This document shows positions 27,773-36,586 of a stretch of 64,000 nucleotides of DNA, one piece after another. Both the position numbers and the translations under genes were made by a program. Under the pieces are notes generated by a model that made no database searches, was not told the DNA's origin, and worked only from the letters and a program-made list of their open reading frames with translations. Each line of letters opens with the position of its first letter. Position 1 is the stretch's first letter. Source of the stretch: an uncultured Candidatus Actinomarina sp. (GTDB lineage: Bacteria > Actinomycetota > Acidimicrobiia > Actinomarinales > Actinomarinaceae); contig CACDQN010000002.1 of assembly GCA_902555055.1 (NCBI GenBank), positions 64,094-128,093 on the forward strand, given 5' to 3'.

Positions 27773-28467
27773 AGAAAAAAATCCTCCTCATCTTCCCTGA
27801 TTAACTCACTTGCATTCTTTTTTGAATCCTCATACTTAACTCCTCTTACAATTGCAATTGGTACATTGATAGTCTTTTCCATCACTAGCTCTGCCGCACT
27901 TGCAATTTCGTCTACAACTGCTATTTCAGTTGCATTTAGTTCATTTTCAAAAGTATCAGTTTTCCCTATGTAACTAGTTATAGGATTTATACCAGATGAT
28001 CCAATTGCAAAATTTACTTGTCCTTTTCTCCACGCCCTTCCAAAAGTGTCAGAAACAATAACAGCAATTTTTTTTCCAGTTAAATTCTCCATTTTTTTTC
28101 TATAAGAATGTGCAGATTTATTAGGGTCCTCCGGGAGTAGTAATACAGTATTTTTTTTAACATTTGATTTGTCAATACCAGCGTTAGCACATATGAATCC
28201 GTGCTTAGTTTTTGCTATTACTAGTTCACCTCTTTTTCTGATTACACGATTTACTTCACTCATTAACAAATCTTCAAAATTGTATTCATCAAGATCTCTT
28301 GACATTCCTTCACTCTTCGAAACAATTTTCTGTGTAACAACAAATATATCTCCATCCATAATTTTTCTGTTTGACTTCTTAAGAACGCTATGAGTTAGAT
28401 CTGCAAGATTGTCTCCTTCTAGAACTTCAGGCAGACCAGATATGGGAATAATTGATACTTCATTCAT
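27769..28467 (-). CDS. cofE: Coenzyme F420-0:L-glutamate ligase (CofE-only, short form)
   Basis: 232 aa. VVTQKIVSKSEG, ICANAGIDKSN. Overlaps cofD by 8 nt. Confidence 0.8.
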   Translation of the reverse strand: MNEVSIIPISGLPEVLEGDNLADLTHSVLKKSNRKIMDGDIFVVTQKIVSKSEGMSRDLDEYNFEDLLMSEVNRVIRKRGELVIAKTKHGFICANAGIDKSNVKKNTVLLLPEDPNKSAHSYRKKMENLTGKKIAVIVSDTFGRAWRKGQVNFAIGSSGINPITSYIGKTDTFENELNATEIAVVDEIASAAELVMEKTINVPIAIVRGVKYEDSKKNASELIREDEEDFFL

Positions 28468-29356
28468 AATTTAAAATCTTTCTTGCAAGACTTTCAGAGT
28501 CTTTTATTTTTTTAAATAGGATATTTTCTTCTACAGTATTCATTTTATTATCAGACTCACCAAAATGGACAATATACTTATTACCAATATTTTTGTAATA
28601 TTTTTTGATGCCTCCTATATCAGGACTGAAGCCCATATCTTCAAAATTTTTTTTCGATGGACCCTTAATGGCATCTTTGGCAATAAATGGACTTATGATA
28701 ATTACATTTTTGTGAGATATAAGTTCTTTTCTTAACTTACTAAGCGAAAGTATTGGGCCTATAGAAAGAAGTGGGTTCGAAGGTCCTATGATAACTAGGT
28801 CACTTGATCTAATTTTGCTAATTGTGGCTTCATTTACTTTTGCTAAACGTGAGCCTTCATATACAATATTTTTAATTCTTGGCTTACCTTTTTTCTCAAC
28901 AAAATATTCTTGAAAATCAAGTTTCTTATTAGTTTTTGTAATTAATTTTGTACTGATTCTGTCATCGCTCATTGGAATTATTTCACAGCTTAATTCAAAC
29001 TTATTTTTAATATTTTTTGTTATTTCGGTTAATGTTTTTCCTTGATTTATCATTTGCGATCTATAGAGGTTAGTTGCTAAATCTGTATCACCTATTCTAA
29101 AATCCATATCATAAAATTTTTTTAGTTCATTATTAACTGTAAATTTATCATTTTTTACGCCCCATCCAAATTCCCCCTCTATACCAGCAAGGTTATATAT
29201 TACAGTATCAATGTCAGGTGATAAAAATACGCCATGAATATGCTCATCATCCCCGGTATTTACAAGGATTGTTAAATCAATATCTTTTATTTTGTTGAGA
29301 CCTTTGGCAAATTTAGCTCCACCAACGCCGCCACTTATGTAAGTTACTTTTTTCAA
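28460..29356 (-). CDS. cofD: 2-phospho-L-lactate (EPPG/LPPG) transferase CofD/FbiA
   Basis: 298 aa. N-terminal ISGGVGGAKF. Size and layout match CofD. Confidence 0.85.
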   Translation of the reverse strand: MKKVTYISGGVGGAKFAKGLNKIKDIDLTILVNTGDDEHIHGVFLSPDIDTVIYNLAGIEGEFGWGVKNDKFTVNNELKKFYDMDFRIGDTDLATNLYRSQMINQGKTLTEITKNIKNKFELSCEIIPMSDDRISTKLITKTNKKLDFQEYFVEKKGKPRIKNIVYEGSRLAKVNEATISKIRSSDLVIIGPSNPLLSIGPILSLSKLRKELISHKNVIIISPFIAKDAIKGPSKKNFEDMGFSPDIGGIKKYYKNIGNKYIVHFGESDNKMNTVEENILFKKIKDSESLARKILNYE

Positions 29357-29401
29357 TTTTAAGAACCTATAAATTAAGACCTTTCAACTAATATCTTAGT
29401 A

Positions 29402-29650
29402 ATGATAGATAAGGATATTCTAGATGGTTTAGCTGAACTAGATGAGGCTGACTTAAAGAGAATTAAATTACTTGTAGATAATAAATTAAACCTTCATAAA
29501 AAGACAAAAGTTTCATACAGGTCAAAAAATATAAAATGTGGTAAAGAGTCTTGCCAAACATGCCCACATGGTCCATATTGGTATGCTGAGTGGACTGAAA
29601 GCGGAAAAAGAAAGACAAAGTATTTGGGAAAAACATTAAATGAATCTTAA
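29402..29650 (+). CDS. Small Zn-ribbon-like protein with an HGPYWY motif
   Basis: 82 aa. KCGKESCQTCPHGPYWYAEWTESGKRKTKYLGK. Reminiscent of an HGPY-motif DUF (I believe DUF6788, unverified). The stop overlaps the next gene's start by 11 nt. Confidence 0.5.
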   Translation: MIDKDILDGLAELDEADLKRIKLLVDNKLNLHKKTKVSYRSKNIKCGKESCQTCPHGPYWYAEWTESGKRKTKYLGKTLNES

Positions 29651-31826
29651 AAGTTTTTCTCCATTAATCACAAATTCAATCTTGTTCTCAATCTTGTTAA
29701 TTTTTTTAAGAATTGACCTTGTGTTTTCAGATTCTCTTCCAACAGGAGGAGACATGGGAGCACATGTTGTACCTACAAAGTTTTTTGTCTCCGAGTTATT
29801 TTCAAATTTTAAAATCAGTGGATGGTCAAATGATTGGTTTGCCGGATATCCTGCTTATTATTTCTATTTTCCATTACCCCCAATTATTGTTGCTGTCTTG
29901 AGCCCTATTTTCCCTTTTGGGATTGCATTTAAAATTATGGTTGTTGCTTCACTCGTTTTACTAGTATTTTCAATTCAGAAATTGATTTCTAATGAAAATA
30001 TAAATAGCTTATATTTTGGATTTGCTGCTGGATTGTTGTTTTTGCTAACTGAGTCGTTCACAATTTTTGGTGGTAATTTGGCCTCATCTTTAGCTGGACA
30101 ATATTCATTTACTTATTCTTTAGCTTTTGGAAATCTTTCAATCTACCTTCTTACTAAATCAAATCTAAAAAACTCTTTATTCTACAGCTCTCTTTGCATC
30201 AGTTTTTGTGTATTGTCCCACATTATTCCATTTATAATTTTTATTCCTATTTATGCTCTCTACTTTATAAAGCATAAGTCAGAAATTTTAAAGAAAATAT
30301 CTGCATTTTTAATATTCTTATTTCTAACAATTCGTTTTTCGATTTCATTATTTACAAATTTAGAATTTACAACGAATATGACTTATTCTCCATATAGAAA
30401 TATAAGTGACTTGATTAAACCTGATATCTTACCTTTACTTTTGCTGTCGATAATATTTTTATTTTCTGAAAAAAGTAAAGAGATTCTTAAGAGTTTATTT
30501 TCTTTAGATGTATATTTAATCTTTTCTTCTTTTCTTTTATTTTTTTATGGACCGGAGGGCGCTTTGTGGAATGGAAGAGTAGTTCCTTTTTTTATTCTTG
30601 GAACAATACTCTTTGTATTTAATTTATTATCTCAAAATATAAATTCACTTAGTTCTAAATTTCAAGGACGTATTTTTTTATCATTAATTTATCTCGTAAT
30701 AGGTTTTTTTCTTCTTTTCAATTATTACAGTAGATGGAACGACAGATATGAAGTAACAGTTTTATTTGTTCTGGGGTTATTTTTTATTTTGTATTTTTTA
30801 AATATGAATAAATTAAACCAATTATTTTGCTTTTTATTTATCTCTTTAACAATTTCAACAGTGAGTTTTTTACCCCACTGGCTTAATTGGAACTTCACTG
30901 GCTATGAAGGTAAGTCTGAATGGGGTGAGATCTCATCTCTATACGATGAATTAAATAATATTCCTGCCGGAAGAATTATGTGGGAACCAAATCCAGATTT
31001 AAATAAATATGGCACCCCTATGGTTTTAATGACAATACCAATGTTTACCGATCATGAGAGTGTAGAAGGATTGTATTTTGATTCAAGTATCACAACTCCA
31101 TACCACTTTGTAACAATTTCTGGTCTTGCTGAACGCCCATCCAACCCTGTGGGTGGACTTAGTTATATAAACGGAAATTTTGATAAAGGTGTTCGCCATA
31201 TGAAACAATTGGGTGTTGATTATTTCATTACATATACAGATTCAATTTCTAAGAAAGCAATAAATTCTCCTGAGTTAGAATTCTTGTTTGAATCATCTCC
31301 TTTCCAAGTCTTCAAACTTAACTCAAACAAAGTAGAGTTGGTCACATCAGAATTAATTAATTTCTCTCAGCCCTCTTTTTATGAACGGATTTCCAGTTCA
31401 GTTTTTAAAAAGCCAATTGATGAAAGCTTTTTCACTCTTTCAATGAAAGAGTTTCAAAAAGAAAACAATATTAGAGTTATTGATAAATCATCAATAGATC
31501 AAATTAAAAACAAGCTATCTACAGATGAAGCTCAGCTAAACATTACAGAATTTAATCTTAAAAATAACCAGTTAACCTTTACTACTAATCAGCCAGGTAA
31601 ATTACATTTAATTAAAGTTTCTTATTTTCCAAACTGGACAATTGAAGATGGAGATGGACCATACAGAATTACTCCATCATTTATGGCGATAGTGCCAAAT
31701 TCTAGTGATGTAAAACTTACTTTTGAAAAAACAAATTTAGAGCAATACTTATTTATATTCTCTTATTTATTTTTAACAATTTCGATACTTCTTATTATCT
31801 ATAGAATGAAAAAACATGTTAAATAA
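29640..31826 (+). CDS. Large polytopic membrane protein, putative GT-C/YfhO/GtrC-like glycosyltransferase
   Basis: 728 aa. About 12 or more TM helices in the N-terminal 420 aa, then a soluble domain of about 280 aa and a C-terminal TM helix. N-terminal loop DSLPTGGDMGAHV. The call rests mainly on architecture and on the neighbouring GtrA and GT2 genes. Confidence 0.4.
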   Translation: MNLKSFSPLITNSILFSILLIFLRIDLVFSDSLPTGGDMGAHVVPTKFFVSELFSNFKISGWSNDWFAGYPAYYFYFPLPPIIVAVLSPIFPFGIAFKIMVVASLVLLVFSIQKLISNENINSLYFGFAAGLLFLLTESFTIFGGNLASSLAGQYSFTYSLAFGNLSIYLLTKSNLKNSLFYSSLCISFCVLSHIIPFIIFIPIYALYFIKHKSEILKKISAFLIFLFLTIRFSISLFTNLEFTTNMTYSPYRNISDLIKPDILPLLLLSIIFLFSEKSKEILKSLFSLDVYLIFSSFLLFFYGPEGALWNGRVVPFFILGTILFVFNLLSQNINSLSSKFQGRIFLSLIYLVIGFFLLFNYYSRWNDRYEVTVLFVLGLFFILYFLNMNKLNQLFCFLFISLTISTVSFLPHWLNWNFTGYEGKSEWGEISSLYDELNNIPAGRIMWEPNPDLNKYGTPMVLMTIPMFTDHESVEGLYFDSSITTPYHFVTISGLAERPSNPVGGLSYINGNFDKGVRHMKQLGVDYFITYTDSISKKAINSPELEFLFESSPFQVFKLNSNKVELVTSELINFSQPSFYERISSSVFKKPIDESFFTLSMKEFQKENNIRVIDKSSIDQIKNKLSTDEAQLNITEFNLKNNQLTFTTNQPGKLHLIKVSYFPNWTIEDGDGPYRITPSFMAIVPNSSDVKLTFEKTNLEQYLFIFSYLFLTISILLIIYRMKKHVK

Positions 31827-32274
31827 ACTAATTGATAAGATTTCTAAAGATGGTTCATTCGCAGAACTTTTCAGGACCTATTTAGTTGGAGCTTTTAATT
31901 TATTATTTGGATTATTTCTAGTTTATATTTTTCAATTTATTTTGCTAGATTTTGTAAGCTTTCCTCTCAGAACCTACCTAACTAACATTTTTCAATTTAT
32001 TGTGGGTGTCACTGTTTCCTATTTTCTTTCAAGGAAATTTATATTTAAATTAAAATTTAATGACGGAAGTTATAAAGAATTTTTTAAATATGTTTCTGTT
32101 AGCTTTATAAATCTTTTCATACCTTTACTAGTCTGGTTTTTAATCAATTTATGGAACGATACTTGGCAACAAAATGAATTGTATGTTTTAATAATTACGA
32201 CCTTAATCCATGGATCGATACTTCCAATTAAATACTTAATTTATAAATTTTTTGTTTTTAAAGATTCTTTGTAA
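31816..32274 (+). CDS. GtrA-family membrane protein (polyprenyl-phosphate-sugar flippase candidate)
   Basis: 152 aa with four TM helices. Size and topology match GtrA-like proteins. Confidence 0.65.
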   Translation: MLNKLIDKISKDGSFAELFRTYLVGAFNLLFGLFLVYIFQFILLDFVSFPLRTYLTNIFQFIVGVTVSYFLSRKFIFKLKFNDGSYKEFFKYVSVSFINLFIPLLVWFLINLWNDTWQQNELYVLIITTLIHGSILPIKYLIYKFFVFKDSL

Positions 32275-32975
32275 AGTACAAATCTAAGATTGAGTAAACT
32301 TTTAATAGTTCTTGGAATTCTTTTATAGATTAAAGATACACTTGGCCTAATTTCATTTATTTTAGCTGGAACTTCTTTAAACTTTTGGCCACCTTTTTCA
32401 ATTCTAATTAAAAGCTCTGTATCGAATAGATCTTGAGTTGAAACTACTCCTTGAATATATTTATCAACGAATTCTTTTTTAATACCTTTCATTCCGTGAG
32501 TGTCAGATAGATTGGTGCCAAACAAGATTTTTAATATTATTACAAAAAATCCTGTTGCAATTTTTCTAATTAATCTTCTACCATCTTCAGATTTAGCCAT
32601 TCTTTTTGAAGCTATTATTCCAGCAAATTCACTCTCAAGAAGTAGACACTGTAATAAGAATTTTTCTGAATAATAATCTATATCAAAGGAGATAATGATC
32701 TCATTTTCACAAGCTAAAAAGCCTCTTTTCAGGGCCTCTCCATAATTTGGGATATCATTTTCTATAAGCTTTATATTTTTATTTGAAGTAGCTATTTCAG
32801 ATAATATATTTTTTGTATTATCAGTTGAACCATTCTCAGATAAGATTATTTCAAAATCAATATCTGTACGTTGACCCATCGATAAAATATTATTTAAGGA
32901 TTCTTTAACTATTTCTTCCTCGTTGTAAATTGGAATTACTATTGAAAAATTTTTAAAGGTAAAGTTTGAGTCCAT
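32241..32975 (-). CDS. GT2 glycosyltransferase, polyprenyl-phosphate sugar synthase-like (Dpm1/GtrB/Ppm1-like)
   Basis: 244 aa. IVIPIYNEEE, SENGSTDNT, FDIDYY. Confidence 0.8.
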   Translation of the reverse strand: MDSNFTFKNFSIVIPIYNEEEIVKESLNNILSMGQRTDIDFEIILSENGSTDNTKNILSEIATSNKNIKLIENDIPNYGEALKRGFLACENEIIISFDIDYYSEKFLLQCLLLESEFAGIIASKRMAKSEDGRRLIRKIATGFFVIILKILFGTNLSDTHGMKGIKKEFVDKYIQGVVSTQDLFDTELLIRIEKGGQKFKEVPAKINEIRPSVSLIYKRIPRTIKSLLNLRFVLYKESLKTKNL

Positions 32976-32996
32976 GAACAGTACAATAATTGAGTA

Positions 32997-34334
32997 ATGG
33001 CAAAAAATAAACTAGATTTAATTTTTAAATCTTATGATATTAGAGGTGTTTATGGTGACACTTTAACTAGGGAAGTTGCTTTTAAAATTGGTTATGCATT
33101 CGCAAACTTTGTTGAAGATGATTCAATTTTAATTGGTCATGATGGAAGAATTTCTTATAAGGAAATGCTAGATGCAATATCGTCTGGAATTATTTCTGCT
33201 AATAAAAATATAATTTATATAGGCCTTGTTCCGACTGATATTATATATTCTTTATCAGGTCTACTTCATAAACCTGGACTTATTATTACAGCTTCTCACA
33301 ACCCAAAGGATTACAACGGTTTAAAACTTTGCAATACAGGGGCATTACCAATTGGAGAAAATTCAGGGTTAATGGAAATAAAAGGTTTAGTTGAAAATTT
33401 TGATAATAATATTGAAATAAATGATTTAAATGAAACAACTTCTAATTTAATTGACAAATATTTTGAACATATAAAGACTTTAGTTCAGCCCGATATGATC
33501 ACTAATAAATTAAGATTTGGTATAGATGGTGGAAATGGCGCAATTGGCTCGGTTTTTGATGACTTAGATACAATATATAGTTTTAATTATTCACCTATAT
33601 ACCTAGAAGTTGATGGTAATTTCCCTAATCATCCTGCTGATCCATCTGATGAGAAAAATTTAGAAGACCTAAAAAACTTAGTTGTAGAAAATAATTTAGA
33701 TTTTGGTGTTGCATTTGATGGGGATGCTGACAGAGCAGTATTTATTGATGACAAGGGAAATGTTATTTCAGGAAGTATGATGACCACCCTGATCTCAGAT
33801 TATTTGTTTAAAGAAAATAATAATCTTAAAGTTGTACACAATGTAAACGTCTCACCTCACGCGTTAAAAGTATTAAATGATAGAAATATCCAACTTTATA
33901 GATGCAAAGTAGGACATTCAAATATAAAGAAAATGATGAGGGAAATTGATGCAGATTTTGGAGGAGAGCATAGTGCACATTTTTACTATAAAGAAAATTT
34001 CTATGCAGATTCAGCTATTTTAACTTTACTTATATTTATGAAAATTATTTCAACAAAAGATGAGAAAGTAAGCAGTATTTTTGAAAACTATAAGTTTCCA
34101 CCTAGCTCAGGTGAAGTAAATTTTACCGTTGATGATGTGCAAGAATCACTTAAAAATGTTGAGAAAGTATTTGATGTTGATTTTGACTATTTAGATGGCC
34201 TTACTTGTACTACTGAAAACTTCTGGTTCAATATTAGGGGTTCAAATACAGAGCCAAAATTAAGGGTCAATGTAGAAGGTAGATCCGAGAAGGTGATTAC
34301 AGAGGTTTTAGAGAAAATATCGAGTAACATTTAG
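32997..34334 (+). CDS. manB: Phosphomannomutase/phosphoglucomutase
   Basis: 445 aa. Active-site TASHNPKDYNG, metal site FDGDADR. Confidence 0.9.
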   Translation: MAKNKLDLIFKSYDIRGVYGDTLTREVAFKIGYAFANFVEDDSILIGHDGRISYKEMLDAISSGIISANKNIIYIGLVPTDIIYSLSGLLHKPGLIITASHNPKDYNGLKLCNTGALPIGENSGLMEIKGLVENFDNNIEINDLNETTSNLIDKYFEHIKTLVQPDMITNKLRFGIDGGNGAIGSVFDDLDTIYSFNYSPIYLEVDGNFPNHPADPSDEKNLEDLKNLVVENNLDFGVAFDGDADRAVFIDDKGNVISGSMMTTLISDYLFKENNNLKVVHNVNVSPHALKVLNDRNIQLYRCKVGHSNIKKMMREIDADFGGEHSAHFYYKENFYADSAILTLLIFMKIISTKDEKVSSIFENYKFPPSSGEVNFTVDDVQESLKNVEKVFDVDFDYLDGLTCTTENFWFNIRGSNTEPKLRVNVEGRSEKVITEVLEKISSNI

Positions 34335-34341
34335 GTTATAT

Positions 34342-35340
34342 ATGTTAGATCATGTACTTAATTTAGGTAATCAGCTAAGCACTGACTTAGTCAAATCTGA
34401 TAATTTTCCAAATTTTGATTATGATCGAATTCTAGTTGTTGGAATGGGTGGATCTGGTGTTGCAGGCGATGTTCTTAAGTTGATTTTAAACAAATATTCA
34501 TCTCTAGATATTGAAGTTCATAAAACATACAAAATTACAAAAAAACATATAGAAAATAAGCCACTTTGTTTATTTATTTCTTACTCGGGAAATACTGAAG
34601 AAACAGTAAGTGCTTTAGAAGAAGCTATAAAAGCAGATTTAGAATGGTGTGTTATTTCTAGTGGGGGGACTTTATTGGAAATGGCCAAAGAAAATAGTAA
34701 GCCTTATATTGAAGTTCCTTCAGGTCTTCAACCCAGAGCAGCATTTGGATTAATGACTAAAGCAGTTGCTAATTTTACTCCAGAATCTTTAGGAGTAAAT
34801 ATTGAACAAAATTGTAAAGATTCTGGTATTTATTTAAATGAATTACTTCATAATGAATCTGAAAATGAAATTATCAAAATAACTAAAGAAATAGCCAACA
34901 ATATAGGAAATAAGACTGTTGTTATTTATGGAGGTACTCAATTAAGTTATCTAGTCTCTCAACGATGGAAAACGCAAATTAATGAAAATGCTAAATCAAA
35001 ATCATATGTTGGATATATGCCAGAAGTTCATCACAATGAAATTTTGTCTTGGGAGGCAGATAAAGATGGATCTAAAAATAATTTTCATTTGATTTTCCTT
35101 AGAGACCAAAACGAACACCCAAAAATTAAAAATCGATTTGAGTTCACGAAAGAAATTATTCCAAAAGGCATAGAAATAACTGAAATTGAAAATATTAAGT
35201 CAGACAATTTAATTAAAGAATTATTTCATCTAGTCTTAATAGGTGATTTGATAAGTGTCTTCATGGCCGACAATTTAAATGTTGATCCATATGATATTGA
35301 TTCAATTGAAAATTTAAAAAATATGTTAAAGGAGAAGTAA
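34342..35340 (+). CDS. SIS-domain bifunctional phosphoglucose/phosphomannose isomerase family protein
   Basis: 332 aa. GMGGSGVAGD SIS loop. Lies in the manB-SIS-ahcY arrangement seen in mycobacteria. Confidence 0.7.
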   Translation: MLDHVLNLGNQLSTDLVKSDNFPNFDYDRILVVGMGGSGVAGDVLKLILNKYSSLDIEVHKTYKITKKHIENKPLCLFISYSGNTEETVSALEEAIKADLEWCVISSGGTLLEMAKENSKPYIEVPSGLQPRAAFGLMTKAVANFTPESLGVNIEQNCKDSGIYLNELLHNESENEIIKITKEIANNIGNKTVVIYGGTQLSYLVSQRWKTQINENAKSKSYVGYMPEVHHNEILSWEADKDGSKNNFHLIFLRDQNEHPKIKNRFEFTKEIIPKGIEITEIENIKSDNLIKELFHLVLIGDLISVFMADNLNVDPYDIDSIENLKNMLKEK

Positions 35341-36584
35341 TGTCATCAATTAAAGATTCAAATTTGGCCTCTAAGGGTGCCGAAGAAATCAATTGGGCTA
35401 CTAGACAAATGCAAGTACTAGAAGAAATTAGTAATGAGTTTGCATTGTCAAAACCATTAGATGGATTAAATATTGGGGCATGTATGCATGTCACAAAAGA
35501 AACTGCGAATTTAATGATGACTCTAAAAACCGCAGGAGCAAAGGTTGCATTATGTGCATCAAATCCATTATCAACCAATGACTCAGTAGCTGCATATTTA
35601 GCAGAGAATGATATTGAGGTTCATGCAATAAGAGGTGTTTCGAATGATGAGTTTTTTAAACATTTAAATTTAGTCTTAGACACAAACCCAGATATCACCA
35701 TGGATGATGGTGCAGATTTAGTTACACTTTTACATACAGATAGGTCAGATATATCAGTTCTTGGTTCAATGGAAGAAACTACAACTGGTGTAATTCGCTT
35801 AAAATCAATGGAAAAAAATGACAAACTAAGATTTCCTGTTGTCGCTGTAAATGACTCTGACACTAAACATTTATTTGATAACAGATTTGGAACAGGTCAG
35901 AGCTCAATGGATGGAGTTGTTAGAGCCACCGATATGTTAATTGCAGGTTTAAACGTTGTAGTTTTTGGATTTGGAGATTGTGGAAAAGGTGTTGCAGAAA
36001 GAGCATACGGCATGGGTGCAAAAGTTACAGTTGTAGAACCAGATTCAGTAAGAGCTTTAGAAGCTCTTATGCATGGGTATGAAGTAAAGAACAGCTTAGA
36101 AGCATCTAAGATAGCTGACGTAATTATCACTGTTACTGGAAACAAGCATGTACTGGACACTCAACATTTTGATGTTATGAAATCAGGTGTAGTACTTGCA
36201 AATGCAGGACATTTCGATGTTGAAATAAACTTGGTTGAATTAAAAAATCAATCAAGTGAAGTCAACAGAGTAAGAGATCATGTTGAAAGCTATATGTATA
36301 AAGAAAAAGAGATTCTTGTATTAGGGGAAGGAAGGCTTGTGAACCTTACTGTAGCAACTGGTCATCCAGCCTCTGTTATGGATATGTCTTTTGCAAATCA
36401 AGCATTAGCTGCTGAATGGATTAAAGAAAATTATGAAAACTTGGATCCTAAAGTTTATACATTACCAAAATCAGTAGATCAAAAAATAGCAGCAACTAAA
36501 TTGAAGCTAATGGGTGGTCAGTTAGAAATTCTATCTGATGACCAGCTTCATTATTTAGATTCCTGGGAGTTTGGCACAAGTTAA
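35340..36584 (+). CDS. ahcY: Adenosylhomocysteinase
   Basis: 414 aa. CMHVTKETANL, NDSDTKHLFDNRFGTGQS, GFGDCGKG. Confidence 0.95.
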   Translation: MSSIKDSNLASKGAEEINWATRQMQVLEEISNEFALSKPLDGLNIGACMHVTKETANLMMTLKTAGAKVALCASNPLSTNDSVAAYLAENDIEVHAIRGVSNDEFFKHLNLVLDTNPDITMDDGADLVTLLHTDRSDISVLGSMEETTTGVIRLKSMEKNDKLRFPVVAVNDSDTKHLFDNRFGTGQSSMDGVVRATDMLIAGLNVVVFGFGDCGKGVAERAYGMGAKVTVVEPDSVRALEALMHGYEVKNSLEASKIADVIITVTGNKHVLDTQHFDVMKSGVVLANAGHFDVEINLVELKNQSSEVNRVRDHVESYMYKEKEILVLGEGRLVNLTVATGHPASVMDMSFANQALAAEWIKENYENLDPKVYTLPKSVDQKIAATKLKLMGGQLEILSDDQLHYLDSWEFGTS

Positions 36585-36586
36585 AT

